Positions 18,572 to 27,935 of a DNA stretch of 64,000 nt are shown here, piece after piece. Each line of letters opens with the position of its first letter. Position 1 is the stretch's first letter. The position numbers and the translations under genes were made by a program. The stretch is from Polyangiaceae bacterium. GTDB taxonomy: Bacteria; Myxococcota_A; Polyangia; Polyangiales; Polyangiaceae. Below the pieces are notes generated by a model. The model was given only the letters and a program-made list of their open reading frames with translations, was not told where the DNA came from and searched no databases. The stretch covers positions 98,535-162,534 of the forward strand of contig JBILLK010000025.1 in the NCBI GenBank assembly GCA_044376115.1, given 5' to 3'.

Positions 18572-21030
18572 ATGCGACCCGTCGACTTCCCTCGCGCCCA
18601 AGCCTCGCTTCTCGGGCGGAAGGGCGACCTCGAGCGAGCGCACCGCCGGCTTGCGGAGGGCGCTCGTTGCCTCACGTTGCGCGGCGCCGCAGGGATGGGC
18701 AAGACCCGGCTGGCGATGGCGTTGGCCTCGGAGCTACCTGCCGCGCGTATCCGCTGGGTCGATTTGGTCGGCAAGAAGACCGAAGAGGATGTCGCGCTAG
18801 CGGTGCTCTTTGCGCTCGGCAGTCGCGAAGGGGAGGACCTCGAGTCGATTCTCCATCGCACCATCCAGCAGGCTCAAGCGATGGTCCTCTTCCTCGATAA
18901 CTGCGAGCAAGCTTGTGCGGTGCTCGCAGGCATGGTCGACCGGTTTCTGCGGACTTCGCCCGAACTCGTGGTGGTGGCCACGTCGCGGGTGGCACTTCGG
19001 CTCTCGTATGAATCGATGATTGAGGTCGGCCCGATCGAGTCGCTCGAGGAGGCTTGCGCGCTGTTCGAGCAACGGGCGATGGCTCGCAGGGGGCCGCTCA
19101 CGGCGGCTGAGCGCCCGCTCGTCGCGGCGATCGTTTCGAGGTTGGAGCACATCCCACTGGCGATCGAGCTGGCTGCGGCGCGCACCGGGACGCTCTCGCT
19201 CGAGGACCTCGCCAAACGGCTGGAGCAGGACCTCTCGATCTTGGCCGACCGTGCGCGCGATCGACCCGAACGTCAGCGTGACTTCGTGGCCGCCGTCTCG
19301 TCCACCTTCCAGCTGCTCGAGCCTGCCTCGCGAGCCGCGTTGGCGAGGCTCGCGCTCTTTCGCGGCGGCTTCGATCTGGCGGGGGTCGAGGCCGTGCTGC
19401 AGTCGGTGCCAAACGCTGGTTCCTCGGCCATTCCGGGCGCGGGCGACGCCGCGGCGATCGTCGAGGATTTAGCGCAGGCTTCGCTGATCTATCGGTTGGA
19501 CGTAGACGGGCTCGTGCGCTTTCGCATGTACGAGTGCCTGCGGCAGTGCGCCCTCGAGGCGCTCTCAGGCTCCGAGCGAGCAGCGACGCTCGAGCGGATC
19601 GCTCGCTTCTTGGCAGAGACCGGCGCTGCGCTCTCCGATTGGACGGTGTCGCTCGATGAGCCGCGAATTCGCGCTCTGCGAGCGGATCTCGAGAACTACC
19701 GTTCGCTTTGGACCCAGACGCAAGAGCAGCCTCAGCTCGTCAGCTGCTTCGTCCAGCTCGGCTGCGTTCTCGGGTCGATCTACCTAGCGCAAGGGCCACT
19801 CGTGGAATCGCTCCGTTTGCTGACCAAGACGGTGGAATTGGCTCGGCCACAGCGCGCCTCGATCCCTGACCCCTGTGGGGGGATCTACTTTGGAAACGCG
19901 GTCACCTCCGCGCTGTGGCGCGCGATCTCGCTGCCAGGGAGGATCTCGAGGAGGCCCTCGGCTGCTTTGCGCCAGCGGCCCAGGGGCCCGTGCTGCGCGC
20001 ACTCTCGAACTTCGAGTGCGAGGCAGGTAACGCCGAGGCCGCGTTGCGGCAGGCCGAGCGGGCGCTCGAGCTCGCCGAGTCGAGCGGGGACAGCGCCGAG
20101 ACTACGCTCAGCCTCTATCAGCTAGCGATGGCTCAGAAGGCGCTGCTCGCAGGTGAAGCTGCGCTGCGCTCGATCGATCGCGCGATCGAGATCGAAGAGG
20201 CCACCTACCCCGGCGTCACCGCCGCGATGTATCACGCTCTGCGCGGCGGGATCCTGGTCGAGCTGGGAGATTTCAGCGCCGCGGATCAGGCGCTCGCCGT
20301 CGCTGTGGGCGCCGTGTCGGCTCGCAAGGTTCGGATTTATACCGGCCGGTTTAGTGCGCAACAGGCGCTGTGCCGCTTCGAGGCTGGGCTCGACAGTTGT
20401 CGCGAGCCGCTCGCCATCGCTATCGATATCCTTTCGCCGGAGAACGATCTCGCGTGGTGCATCACGCTCAAGGTGATCGCGGCTGTGTTGACGCGGGATG
20501 AAGCGCCGCTCAGCGAGGCTCGAGCGCTGGAGAAGCGTGCGCGCGGCCTCGTGGCGCAGATCACGTCGGCGATCGTCGGGCTGGGTACCCAACTCTTTCG
20601 CGCCCAAGCTGGGGAGCGCTGCACGCCCCTGGAGCTTCCGCCGGCGGTCTGCGCCGACGAGCGTGTGCGTAGTTTGGCCCGCATGACTCGTGCCGCTGCG
20701 GTCCTCGAGCCCGAATTCGTGATTGCTGAAGATGCGATGTTCTTCGATTGGGGCGGGCAACGCGTGGAGCTCTCGCGACGTCCGCTCCTGCGTCGAATCC
20801 TGGCCGCGTTGGTGGAGGCCCACACGAATGGGCGCACGCACGTCTCGCGAACGCAGCTCGTGGCCGCAGCTTGGCCAGGTGAACGGCTGATACCCGAGTC
20901 CGCGTTCAATCGTCTGCGCGTCGCCGTTTCGGAGCTTCGCTCGCTCGGTTTGCGCGACGTAATTACGGCGACCGCTGATGGCTACGCGCTGACGGCCCGC
21001 GCACCGATTCGTCTCGTCCGCCCGTCGTAG
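18572..21030 (+). pseudogene. frameshifted STAND-type ATPase/TPR/winged-helix regulator (COG3903-like)
   Basis: GAAGMGKTRLA, LDNCE, TSR..L, IPLAIELAAAR in 18572-19870; TPR and C-terminal wHTH (NRLRVAVSELRSLGL) in the -1 frame; switch near C4/G6 runs at 19870-19882. Confidence 0.75.
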
Positions 21031-21044
21031 CTTCGACCGCGTCG

Positions 21045-21851
21045 CTACTTCTTTCCGTTGCTCTTTTTCTCGGCGCGGCGCCCTTCGATGATCTGGATGG
21101 TGAGGGTGCACATCTCGCGCCCCGGGTAGGAGCGGACGATGTGCTCACCCGACGGGGTGTCTTGCCACACAGCTTCGGGAGCGTTTTGGGCGAGGGTGCG
21201 CGCCTCTGCGACCAACTCGGGCGTCTCGAGATCCACTACGGCGCGACACGCTCCCACGCGCGTGCTCGCCTCGGTCGAGGACAACCGCTCCTTCACCAAC
21301 GTTACGGCCATCGGGTGCTTTTTGCGCGCAAGGTAGAGCAAGACCGCGGTCGACGGAGGTAACACCTCCGAGCCGGCGGCGAGCTCGGGCGAAAAATCGG
21401 GGCCTGCATCGTTGGCAGGGTGGACGAGGTCATCGATCCATTTAGCGACCGCCAAAAGCTCCTCGCGTTTCTTGGACAGCAACAGCGCGCGCAACGCCTT
21501 TTCACCTTCTGGCGTCTGCGCTCCACTCACGTTCACCTGGTTGTCGAAGCGCCACGGCCTGCCAGCGAACAGGTCCGCCCACTTGCCGCAGCTCTTGAGC
21601 TTGCGCTCGACGGCGTCCTCGACCTCGCGATCCTCGGCCCCGCCGCCCTGCGCTTGAAACGCGTAGGCGGCCTCGGGGAGCTCGGAACACGCGGCTGCTT
21701 CGATTCGCTCCTTCGCCGTGGGGCAGCCTGGCTCTCCGCGAGTGCAGGTCTCCGGCGACGCTTCGGTCGAGCGCGCCTGCGACCCAATGGGGAACAGCCC
21801 ACAGTTGAGTTGAAAGAGCGTGATGAGGATTGGAAAGAGCCTGCGGCTCAC
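21045..21851 (-). CDS. hypothetical exported protein with HEAT-like C-terminus
   Basis: Signal/lipobox-like N-terminus (LNC); 268-aa ORF. Confidence 0.6.
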   Translation of the reverse strand: MSRRLFPILITLFQLNCGLFPIGSQARSTEASPETCTRGEPGCPTAKERIEAAACSELPEAAYAFQAQGGGAEDREVEDAVERKLKSCGKWADLFAGRPWRFDNQVNVSGAQTPEGEKALRALLLSKKREELLAVAKWIDDLVHPANDAGPDFSPELAAGSEVLPPSTAVLLYLARKKHPMAVTLVKERLSSTEASTRVGACRAVVDLETPELVAEARTLAQNAPEAVWQDTPSGEHIVRSYPGREMCTLTIQIIEGRRAEKKSNGKK

Positions 21852-21960
21852 AGCCAGCGTTTACGTCGACAACCGCGGCGGCGCACCATCAATCACCGGT
21901 CTCGCGCTCGTGGGCGGGACCCTCTGGCCTTCGTGAAGGGCGTGTAGCAAGCTGCTGGCG

Positions 21961-22416
21961 ATGACCAGTGACGAGCTCGTCTTTACGCTTTGCAACAACG
22001 GCGTGATCCCTTTTTGGGCGCTGCTGGTGTTTGCCCCGCGCTGGGCGTGGACGCGGCGGCTCGTGCATTCCGGCTTGTTCGCCGTGCTCCTGGTACCGGC
22101 CTACGCCATCATGCTCTGGTCGGATTCACCCGGCCCGCAAGGCGCCCACTTTTTTAGCCTCGACGGCGTGATGCACATCTTCACGACGCCGCGCACCGTG
22201 GTCGCCTGCTGGATCCACTACCTGGTGTTCGATCTGTTCGTCGGGGCCTGGGAGGCTCGTGACGCACAACGCTCCGGGGTGCCGCATTTGCTGCTGGTTC
22301 CGTGTTTGTTGCTGACCCTGATGTTTGGTCCGGTCGGCCTCGGCCTTTACTTGGTGGCGCGTTATTGGCGCGCACGCACAACGACGCTGGTCGAAGTGGC
22401 GGACGGGGCCAGCTAG
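21961..22416 (+). CDS. ABA4-like (DUF4281) membrane protein
   Basis: PFW.LL.FAPRW..T, WIHYLVFDLFVG.W, LTLMFGPVGL. Confidence 0.9.
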   Translation: MTSDELVFTLCNNGVIPFWALLVFAPRWAWTRRLVHSGLFAVLLVPAYAIMLWSDSPGPQGAHFFSLDGVMHIFTTPRTVVACWIHYLVFDLFVGAWEARDAQRSGVPHLLLVPCLLLTLMFGPVGLGLYLVARYWRARTTTLVEVADGAS

Positions 22417-22429
22417 TCGGGGCCGCCCC

Positions 22430-22813
22430 TCAACGCAGATCTTTGTAGCCACCAGCGTTGACCACGTTGCTGAAGCCAGCCTTCTCGAGCGTGGTTTTGG
22501 CTCGGCCGGCGCGCCCGCCGGAGGCACAATAAACGACGACCGGTTTGCTCTTGTCCCCGCCGACTTTGCTGGCGATCTCGGCGAGCTTGCCCTCGACCTC
22601 GTCGACCGGGATGTTCTCGGCGCGATCGAGGTGCCCCGTTGCGAACTCCTCGGCGCTGCGAACGTCCAGCAGGAGAGCCGCTGCTGCCACCGCCTGTTTC
22701 GGCGTGGGTTGGGCTTGACCACTGGCTGCACCCTCGCTCGCGTTGCTTGAACAGCCGAGGGCGCTAAAGCAAAGAGAGGCGGCGACCAGCAAGCGCGCGA
22801 CGGGAAAGTGCAT
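22430..22813 (-). CDS. rhodanese-like lipoprotein
   Basis: LLDVRS..EF..GH, YCASGGRA, NAGGY; ALGC lipobox. Confidence 0.92.
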   Translation of the reverse strand: MHFPVARLLVAASLCFSALGCSSNASEGAASGQAQPTPKQAVAAAALLLDVRSAEEFATGHLDRAENIPVDEVEGKLAEIASKVGGDKSKPVVVYCASGGRAGRAKTTLEKAGFSNVVNAGGYKDLR

Positions 22814-22874
22814 GCTCGTGCCTTAGTCGATTTGTCGCGACCTGTCCCGGCCCAAGCCGCACGCGGCGCTGTTG

Positions 22875-23933
22875 CTAACTCCCGACCAGAATGGCGGCCC
22901 GCTCGCCACTGTCACTACCGCCGAGCAACAGGCCGAACGGTGCAGGTGCGTAACCGCGGCGAAACATGTCGGCGGCCAGGACCAGCCCGAGCGGTAACGA
23001 CGCTGCTCCGAGCGAGCCGATGCGTTGGGCGGGGCTGTCGATCGAGAAGGGCGCGATGAACTGCGACTCGGTGCGGGTGATGGCGGCAAAGAGCTCGCGC
23101 GAACGGTGGAGCTCGGTGCCGACGTCGGTGATGGCGAAGCCAACCTTCAGTTCGTCGGCGAGCGTTTGCGTGGCCTGCTCAATCGCGCTCGCGAGCGCCG
23201 TGTCGGCGTATACGCTTTGATCGTTGTGCGGGGAGATCTGGCCGGTGGCGCCGCCGAGCCCGTAGATGCCGAGCGTCGGCTGGAGGCCGATTTGTGCGTC
23301 GAAGTCGGCTCGCGCGATCAGCGTCAAGGCCGCCGCTTCACCGGGTAGCACTGCGTCCAGGTTGTCGAGTGAGAACAGCCGACCTGCGCCGATCAGGCTC
23401 TGAATGCGCGCGGGATCGTAGTCGGAGTGCACGCCGCCGACGATCAGTGCATCGACGCGGCGCGCCGCTAGCGCAGCCAGCGCATCCTCGAGCAGCGCTC
23501 CCAGCCCAGCGCCACCGCCCGAGCCATTGGGCGGTGAGAAGCGAACGTCGATGTCACCGAGAGCGTTGCGCAAGAGCGCGGTGAGCCGCGACTTGAGCAG
23601 CGTCTGCTCCCGCTCATTTGCGACCTCCGGTAGCGCAATCGCCGCGCGCAGCTTGAGATCGCGCAGGCGAACGGGCTTGGGTGCCGTGCGCGCGGCCGCC
23701 TCGAGCTCGAGCAGCGCCGCTCCGAGCAAGACCTCCATTCGTTCATCACCGAACAGCGAAGGGCTCAGCGTGCGATCGAAGGCCATGGTGATGCTGGTGT
23801 GAGCGTCCTCGCCCGCGAGCGGTGCCGCTCCTATGGCGGAAGCGCCAGTTCGCAAGAGCAACGCGGTTTCGATCGCGTTCGTCCCGAGCGCGGTGCGCGC
23901 GCCCACCAGGAACAGGTTGCCGAGCCGTTTCAT
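22875..23933 (-). CDS. beta-ketoacyl-synthase-like T6SS accessory protein (PRK06147-type)
   Basis: GARTALG, IVGGVHS, PGEAAA, IGSLGAAS thiolase-fold motifs; coupled to DUF2169. Confidence 0.8.
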   Translation of the reverse strand: MKRLGNLFLVGARTALGTNAIETALLLRTGASAIGAAPLAGEDAHTSITMAFDRTLSPSLFGDERMEVLLGAALLELEAAARTAPKPVRLRDLKLRAAIALPEVANEREQTLLKSRLTALLRNALGDIDVRFSPPNGSGGGAGLGALLEDALAALAARRVDALIVGGVHSDYDPARIQSLIGAGRLFSLDNLDAVLPGEAAALTLIARADFDAQIGLQPTLGIYGLGGATGQISPHNDQSVYADTALASAIEQATQTLADELKVGFAITDVGTELHRSRELFAAITRTESQFIAPFSIDSPAQRIGSLGAASLPLGLVLAADMFRRGYAPAPFGLLLGGSDSGERAAILVGS

Positions 23934-25012
23934 GCGCCTCGCTTTTCAAGCACGGTGATGGTTGCGTCGGAAGGCTTACGTGGTGCAGGCACCGAGACGC
24001 GCTGCACCAGCTCGAGCACCATCGAGGTGAGCGGCGGCCCGACCGGCTTGCCCGCCGCGTCGCGCGCCGTGGGTAAGAAGCGGGTATCGATGATCACGGT
24101 GTCGATGAAGGGCGTGAAGGAGACCGGCTCGCGGCCTTTTACGCGCACGGTGAAGTGCGTGTTGATGCGAGGCAGCACGAAGGCGGTGGTGCCACCGCCG
24201 GCCACCAAATTGCTAAGCGCTCCTTCTTCACCACCCGCGATCGGCGGGACGTGGATCAGCTCGGGCGTCGCTGCGAAGTTCGCCCGCTCGTCGAAATCGC
24301 GCGGGGGCAGCGGCGCGCGGCTCTTGAGCCAAGCCGCGTCGTGCGTACCCCAGCGTGCGCGCCGTGGTTCCCAGTGTCTACCGATCACTCCGAGGCCGGC
24401 CGGCTTGGGGCGGCTGCGCGCGTCTTTCACCGGGTCGAGCGGATCTTCGATCTGCGGTGCCGGCGAGCCATCCAGCGACTTGGGTTCGATCGCGACGCCC
24501 AGACCCACCGGGTTGCGGGCGTCTTCGACGAAGGTCTCTTCATTGCTGTCACTACCCCCAAAGGCGAAGTCGTAACGCACGTCGATCGCTTGCGCCGAAC
24601 GCGGCTTGGTAACGGTGTCTCCCGAGCCGGCGAACACACGCGGCCCGGTGATGCGCACGACCTTCTGCACGCGACCCAAGCGGACCCCGGCGTCAAAGGT
24701 TGGCACCGGCTCGCCGCTTGGTGGGTAAGCGCGGCCGACCACGATGATGTCGGTTCCGGGCTTGTGGACGCACAGATCCGATGGGTAGGCGATGCTACTT
24801 TTTTCGGGCTCACCCCAGGGGATGTCCGCAGCGCGGATGCCGCGCCGACGGGCGAGTGGCGCACACTCGAAGGAGCCATCGCGCCCGCGCGGTTGGCCGG
24901 GCACGAGTTCGAAGGTGGCCTTGAGGATCGCTACCAGCCGTTCGCCGTCACCGTCGACGAGGGTGTGCGGTTCGACGATGAAGTCCGTCTCGTTCTCAAC
25001 CTTGGGCAGCAT
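23930..25012 (-). CDS. DUF2169 T6SS adaptor
   Basis: ILKATF, SDLCVHKPGTD, AFGG, RNPVGLG, PQIE, GRHWEPR...GTHDAAW...P.PPRDFD. Confidence 0.92.
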   Translation of the reverse strand: MLPKVENETDFIVEPHTLVDGDGERLVAILKATFELVPGQPRGRDGSFECAPLARRRGIRAADIPWGEPEKSSIAYPSDLCVHKPGTDIIVVGRAYPPSGEPVPTFDAGVRLGRVQKVVRITGPRVFAGSGDTVTKPRSAQAIDVRYDFAFGGSDSNEETFVEDARNPVGLGVAIEPKSLDGSPAPQIEDPLDPVKDARSRPKPAGLGVIGRHWEPRRARWGTHDAAWLKSRAPLPPRDFDERANFAATPELIHVPPIAGGEEGALSNLVAGGGTTAFVLPRINTHFTVRVKGREPVSFTPFIDTVIIDTRFLPTARDAAGKPVGPPLTSMVLELVQRVSVPAPRKPSDATITVLEKRGA

Positions 25013-25015
25013 CGC

Positions 25016-27925
25016 TCAGTTCTCAGCGACCGTACCGGTCATCAGGATCTTGCCGCAGGTGATGGTCACCAGCGCGCCCTTGATGGTTACACCGCTGCCG
25101 TCGATCACCACCTCACTCTCACCACACTTGAGCGTGACGGCGGTCTTCGCCTCGAGCTTATGGAAGGCGCCGATGAAGGTGGCTGAAGAGCCGCCGGTGA
25201 TGCTGTAGCCGCCCTTGACCTTGTCGTAGACGAGGCCGCCCACCATGTTGGTCATCGCGCCCGTGGAGGATTCGCTGTCGTCGGCTTTGGTGAAGGTGAG
25301 CTTGCCGAGCGCGGTGAGCGTTTTGTTGCCGCCGATCGCGATCGATTCATCGGCCAGGACCGCGGTGAGCTTGGCCAGCCCGATCGTCTCATTCAAGTTG
25401 CCGGCGATCTCGTCGTGAACCTCGAGCAAGGCCGCTTGAACGCGCAACGCGCCCACGGTCTCGGTGTAGGAACCGTCGACTTTGTGCGTACTGTGACCTG
25501 GCCCTTTGGTGCGGTCGGTGCGATCGAGCCCGGCCACGTTACCGTCCGGACCTTCGAGGTTGGCTAGGTTATCGCTACCACCGCCGTCGCTGTTGAAGCC
25601 GAGCGCCTCACCGAGCGCCGCAGAACCAGCGCGGATGCCCGTGTCGATCGCGCTGTCTACCGCGTCGTTCAGGCCGACCATGCCGGTGAAGTCGGTTGGC
25701 TCGCCGCCCTCTTGCTCGGTCTCTTCGACCTCGCGGCCTTCACCTTCACCGCCGCCCTCGCCACCAGCCTCCGCGCCGTCGGCCCCGGCGCCTTCGCCCT
25801 CGCCGCCACCACCGGCTTCATCGCCGCCAGCGGCCCCGGCCTCCGCGCTCTCCTCACCGCCGAAGCCCGGCGGCATCGGAATATTGGCTGCGTCCTCGAG
25901 CACCCCCGGGATCGCTCCGATGTCGCCGTTGGCAACGGCTTCCATCCCGCTGGCGACTTGCTCCACGCCAGCGATGGTGTCGGCGTAGGGCGCCATCGCT
26001 TGATCCACGCGGGCCTGGATCGCCCCATTGATGCGATCCATTTGTTGGGCAGCGGCGGCCTGCGCTGCATCGATCACGACCTCGGTGGCGATCGCCAGCA
26101 GCGCCTCGAGCGGATTGCCATCCATCTCGAAATGCGCGCCACCCACGCTGGTGGAGCTACTGCCTGCGACGGTGAGTCCGGCAACAGCGTTCACTTCGCT
26201 ATTGCGGTTGCCGGACACCGTCACCGAACGGTTGCCGCTGACCGTCAGCTCGGCGCCCATCGTGATCTTGGTGGTGGCGTTGGCACCGACGTCGATGGTC
26301 TCGTTGCCGCCCACCACCCGCGTCACGTTGTTGCCCACGGTGGACTGCTTGTTGTTGGCGGTGGCGATGGTCTGGTTGTGCTGAGCATGGACCATCACTT
26401 CCTCGCCGCCTTTGCGATCCTCGAGCCGAATCGAGTTGGAGCCCCCACCGCCTGGGGAGGAGTTGGACGAGAAGGCCGTGCGCGTTGCACCCTCGGGCAG
26501 GGCGTAGGGCGGCATGAAAAGGCCGTTGTAGAGCTTACCGGTGACGAGCGGGCGGTCCGGATTGCCCTCTAAGAACTCGACCACGACCTCCCAACCGATG
26601 CGCGGCAGCGCGAGCGAGCCGGAGGTCTGCAGCTGCGCCGTGCGGATCCAACAGGAGGACTTCTCGTCGGTGATGCCGGCGAGGTCCCAGTGGAAACGCA
26701 CCTTGCAGCGCGCGTACTCGTCGGTGTGGATCGCCTCGATGCTCGAGCCGGCTGGAGCTGTGACCGTCGCCGTTTGCGGACCGTGCACCACTGGACGCGG
26801 GGTGGTTTGGCGGGTGCGATAGGGGACCTCCACCGGGATGGCGTGAACGATGGCCACGTAGCCGGAGGGCGTCTTGCTCTCACTCGCGCCGAAGGCGTCG
26901 CGACCCCACTCGGCGTTTTTTCTCTGGCCAAACAGATGACGGACTTTGGTGACGAGCTGCGTACCGGAGCGATCATCCTCCAGCTCGAACTCGGTGAGCT
27001 TGAAGGTCGTCCCGGCGTAGAGCCGCGCGCATTCAGCTATCACCTCCAGCGTCTCGCGCTCGGCCTGCTCCGACTCGAGCCGCACCCGCGCGAAGACTTC
27101 TCCGACCGCTTTATCGACGAACAGGCCGGGGTAGTCATAGCGCTCGAGATCGCTGTCCTGCTCGGCGCTGGCTGCCGCGGTCAGATCGAATTGGGGGCGC
27201 TTGAAGTCGTAGTCGCGGAGCGTGAACGTGCCCGATTGGATGGCCGCTCGTTCGCGTAGCGCGAAGATCGCGTCACCCTCGACGGCGAGCCCGGTCTGAC
27301 CGCGCATCGGTAAGTCGGCGGCACCTTCGATCGACGGGGCGTTCGGGCTGTCATCCGAAAAGACGATGAAGTCTTGTCCGTCCTCGACCACCGAGCGGAA
27401 GAAAATGCCTTCCTCCTCGAGCAATCGCGAAACGAAGGCCAGCGAACTCTCGAAGTATTGCACGCAGTATTCGCGCTTCGCGTAGCTGCCTGCGAGCTGC
27501 CATCGCTGACGGTTTTTGGGGATTCCGCAGCTCGTCAGTACCTCGGTGACGATCTCGTCGACCGACTTGTCCTGGAAGATTTGCGCGGTGACCGTGCCGG
27601 CCAACAGGCCCAGCTGGGAGACCACGCGAAAGCGCGCGGCGTGTGCGGCGCCACTGCCGTCGGCCGCGGTTGCGCCGGTGAGCGCAGAGCCGATCACCGT
27701 CACTTGCTCTACGATACCGAGGAAGGTGTGCTCCTCCTCTTGGCCCACGCCGAAGGAGAAGAAGGCCGACAGCCCCAGCGCGTTTTCGCTGGTGATCGCG
27801 CTGGCGAAGCGCACCTCGATCTCGAGCGCCGTTGGCCTTCCGAGCTCCTCGCAGAGTTCGAAGCCAGCCACGCTGTCGGCCACCACCGTATCGATTTGAA
27901 AGAAGCAGTTCAGCTTGCGGTCCAT
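25016..27925 (-). CDS. vgrG: T6SS spike protein VgrG with acidic/Gly-rich insert
   Basis: REYCVQY.ES..FVSRLLEEEGI, DYDF.RP, GPQTA.V, KVRFHWD, PRIGWEVVVEF..GNPDRP, gp5-like repeats. Confidence 0.95.
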   Translation of the reverse strand: MDRKLNCFFQIDTVVADSVAGFELCEELGRPTALEIEVRFASAITSENALGLSAFFSFGVGQEEEHTFLGIVEQVTVIGSALTGATAADGSGAAHAARFRVVSQLGLLAGTVTAQIFQDKSVDEIVTEVLTSCGIPKNRQRWQLAGSYAKREYCVQYFESSLAFVSRLLEEEGIFFRSVVEDGQDFIVFSDDSPNAPSIEGAADLPMRGQTGLAVEGDAIFALRERAAIQSGTFTLRDYDFKRPQFDLTAAASAEQDSDLERYDYPGLFVDKAVGEVFARVRLESEQAERETLEVIAECARLYAGTTFKLTEFELEDDRSGTQLVTKVRHLFGQRKNAEWGRDAFGASESKTPSGYVAIVHAIPVEVPYRTRQTTPRPVVHGPQTATVTAPAGSSIEAIHTDEYARCKVRFHWDLAGITDEKSSCWIRTAQLQTSGSLALPRIGWEVVVEFLEGNPDRPLVTGKLYNGLFMPPYALPEGATRTAFSSNSSPGGGGSNSIRLEDRKGGEEVMVHAQHNQTIATANNKQSTVGNNVTRVVGGNETIDVGANATTKITMGAELTVSGNRSVTVSGNRNSEVNAVAGLTVAGSSSTSVGGAHFEMDGNPLEALLAIATEVVIDAAQAAAAQQMDRINGAIQARVDQAMAPYADTIAGVEQVASGMEAVANGDIGAIPGVLEDAANIPMPPGFGGEESAEAGAAGGDEAGGGGEGEGAGADGAEAGGEGGGEGEGREVEETEQEGGEPTDFTGMVGLNDAVDSAIDTGIRAGSAALGEALGFNSDGGGSDNLANLEGPDGNVAGLDRTDRTKGPGHSTHKVDGSYTETVGALRVQAALLEVHDEIAGNLNETIGLAKLTAVLADESIAIGGNKTLTALGKLTFTKADDSESSTGAMTNMVGGLVYDKVKGGYSITGGSSATFIGAFHKLEAKTAVTLKCGESEVVIDGSGVTIKGALVTITCGKILMTGTVAEN

Positions 27926-27935
27926 GGTGCGCCTC

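Noticed and set aside
22875..23933. Fatty-acid or polyketide synthase gene
   Set aside because: No catalytic Cys at the expected position, no ACP or PKS neighbours, and it is coupled to DUF2169
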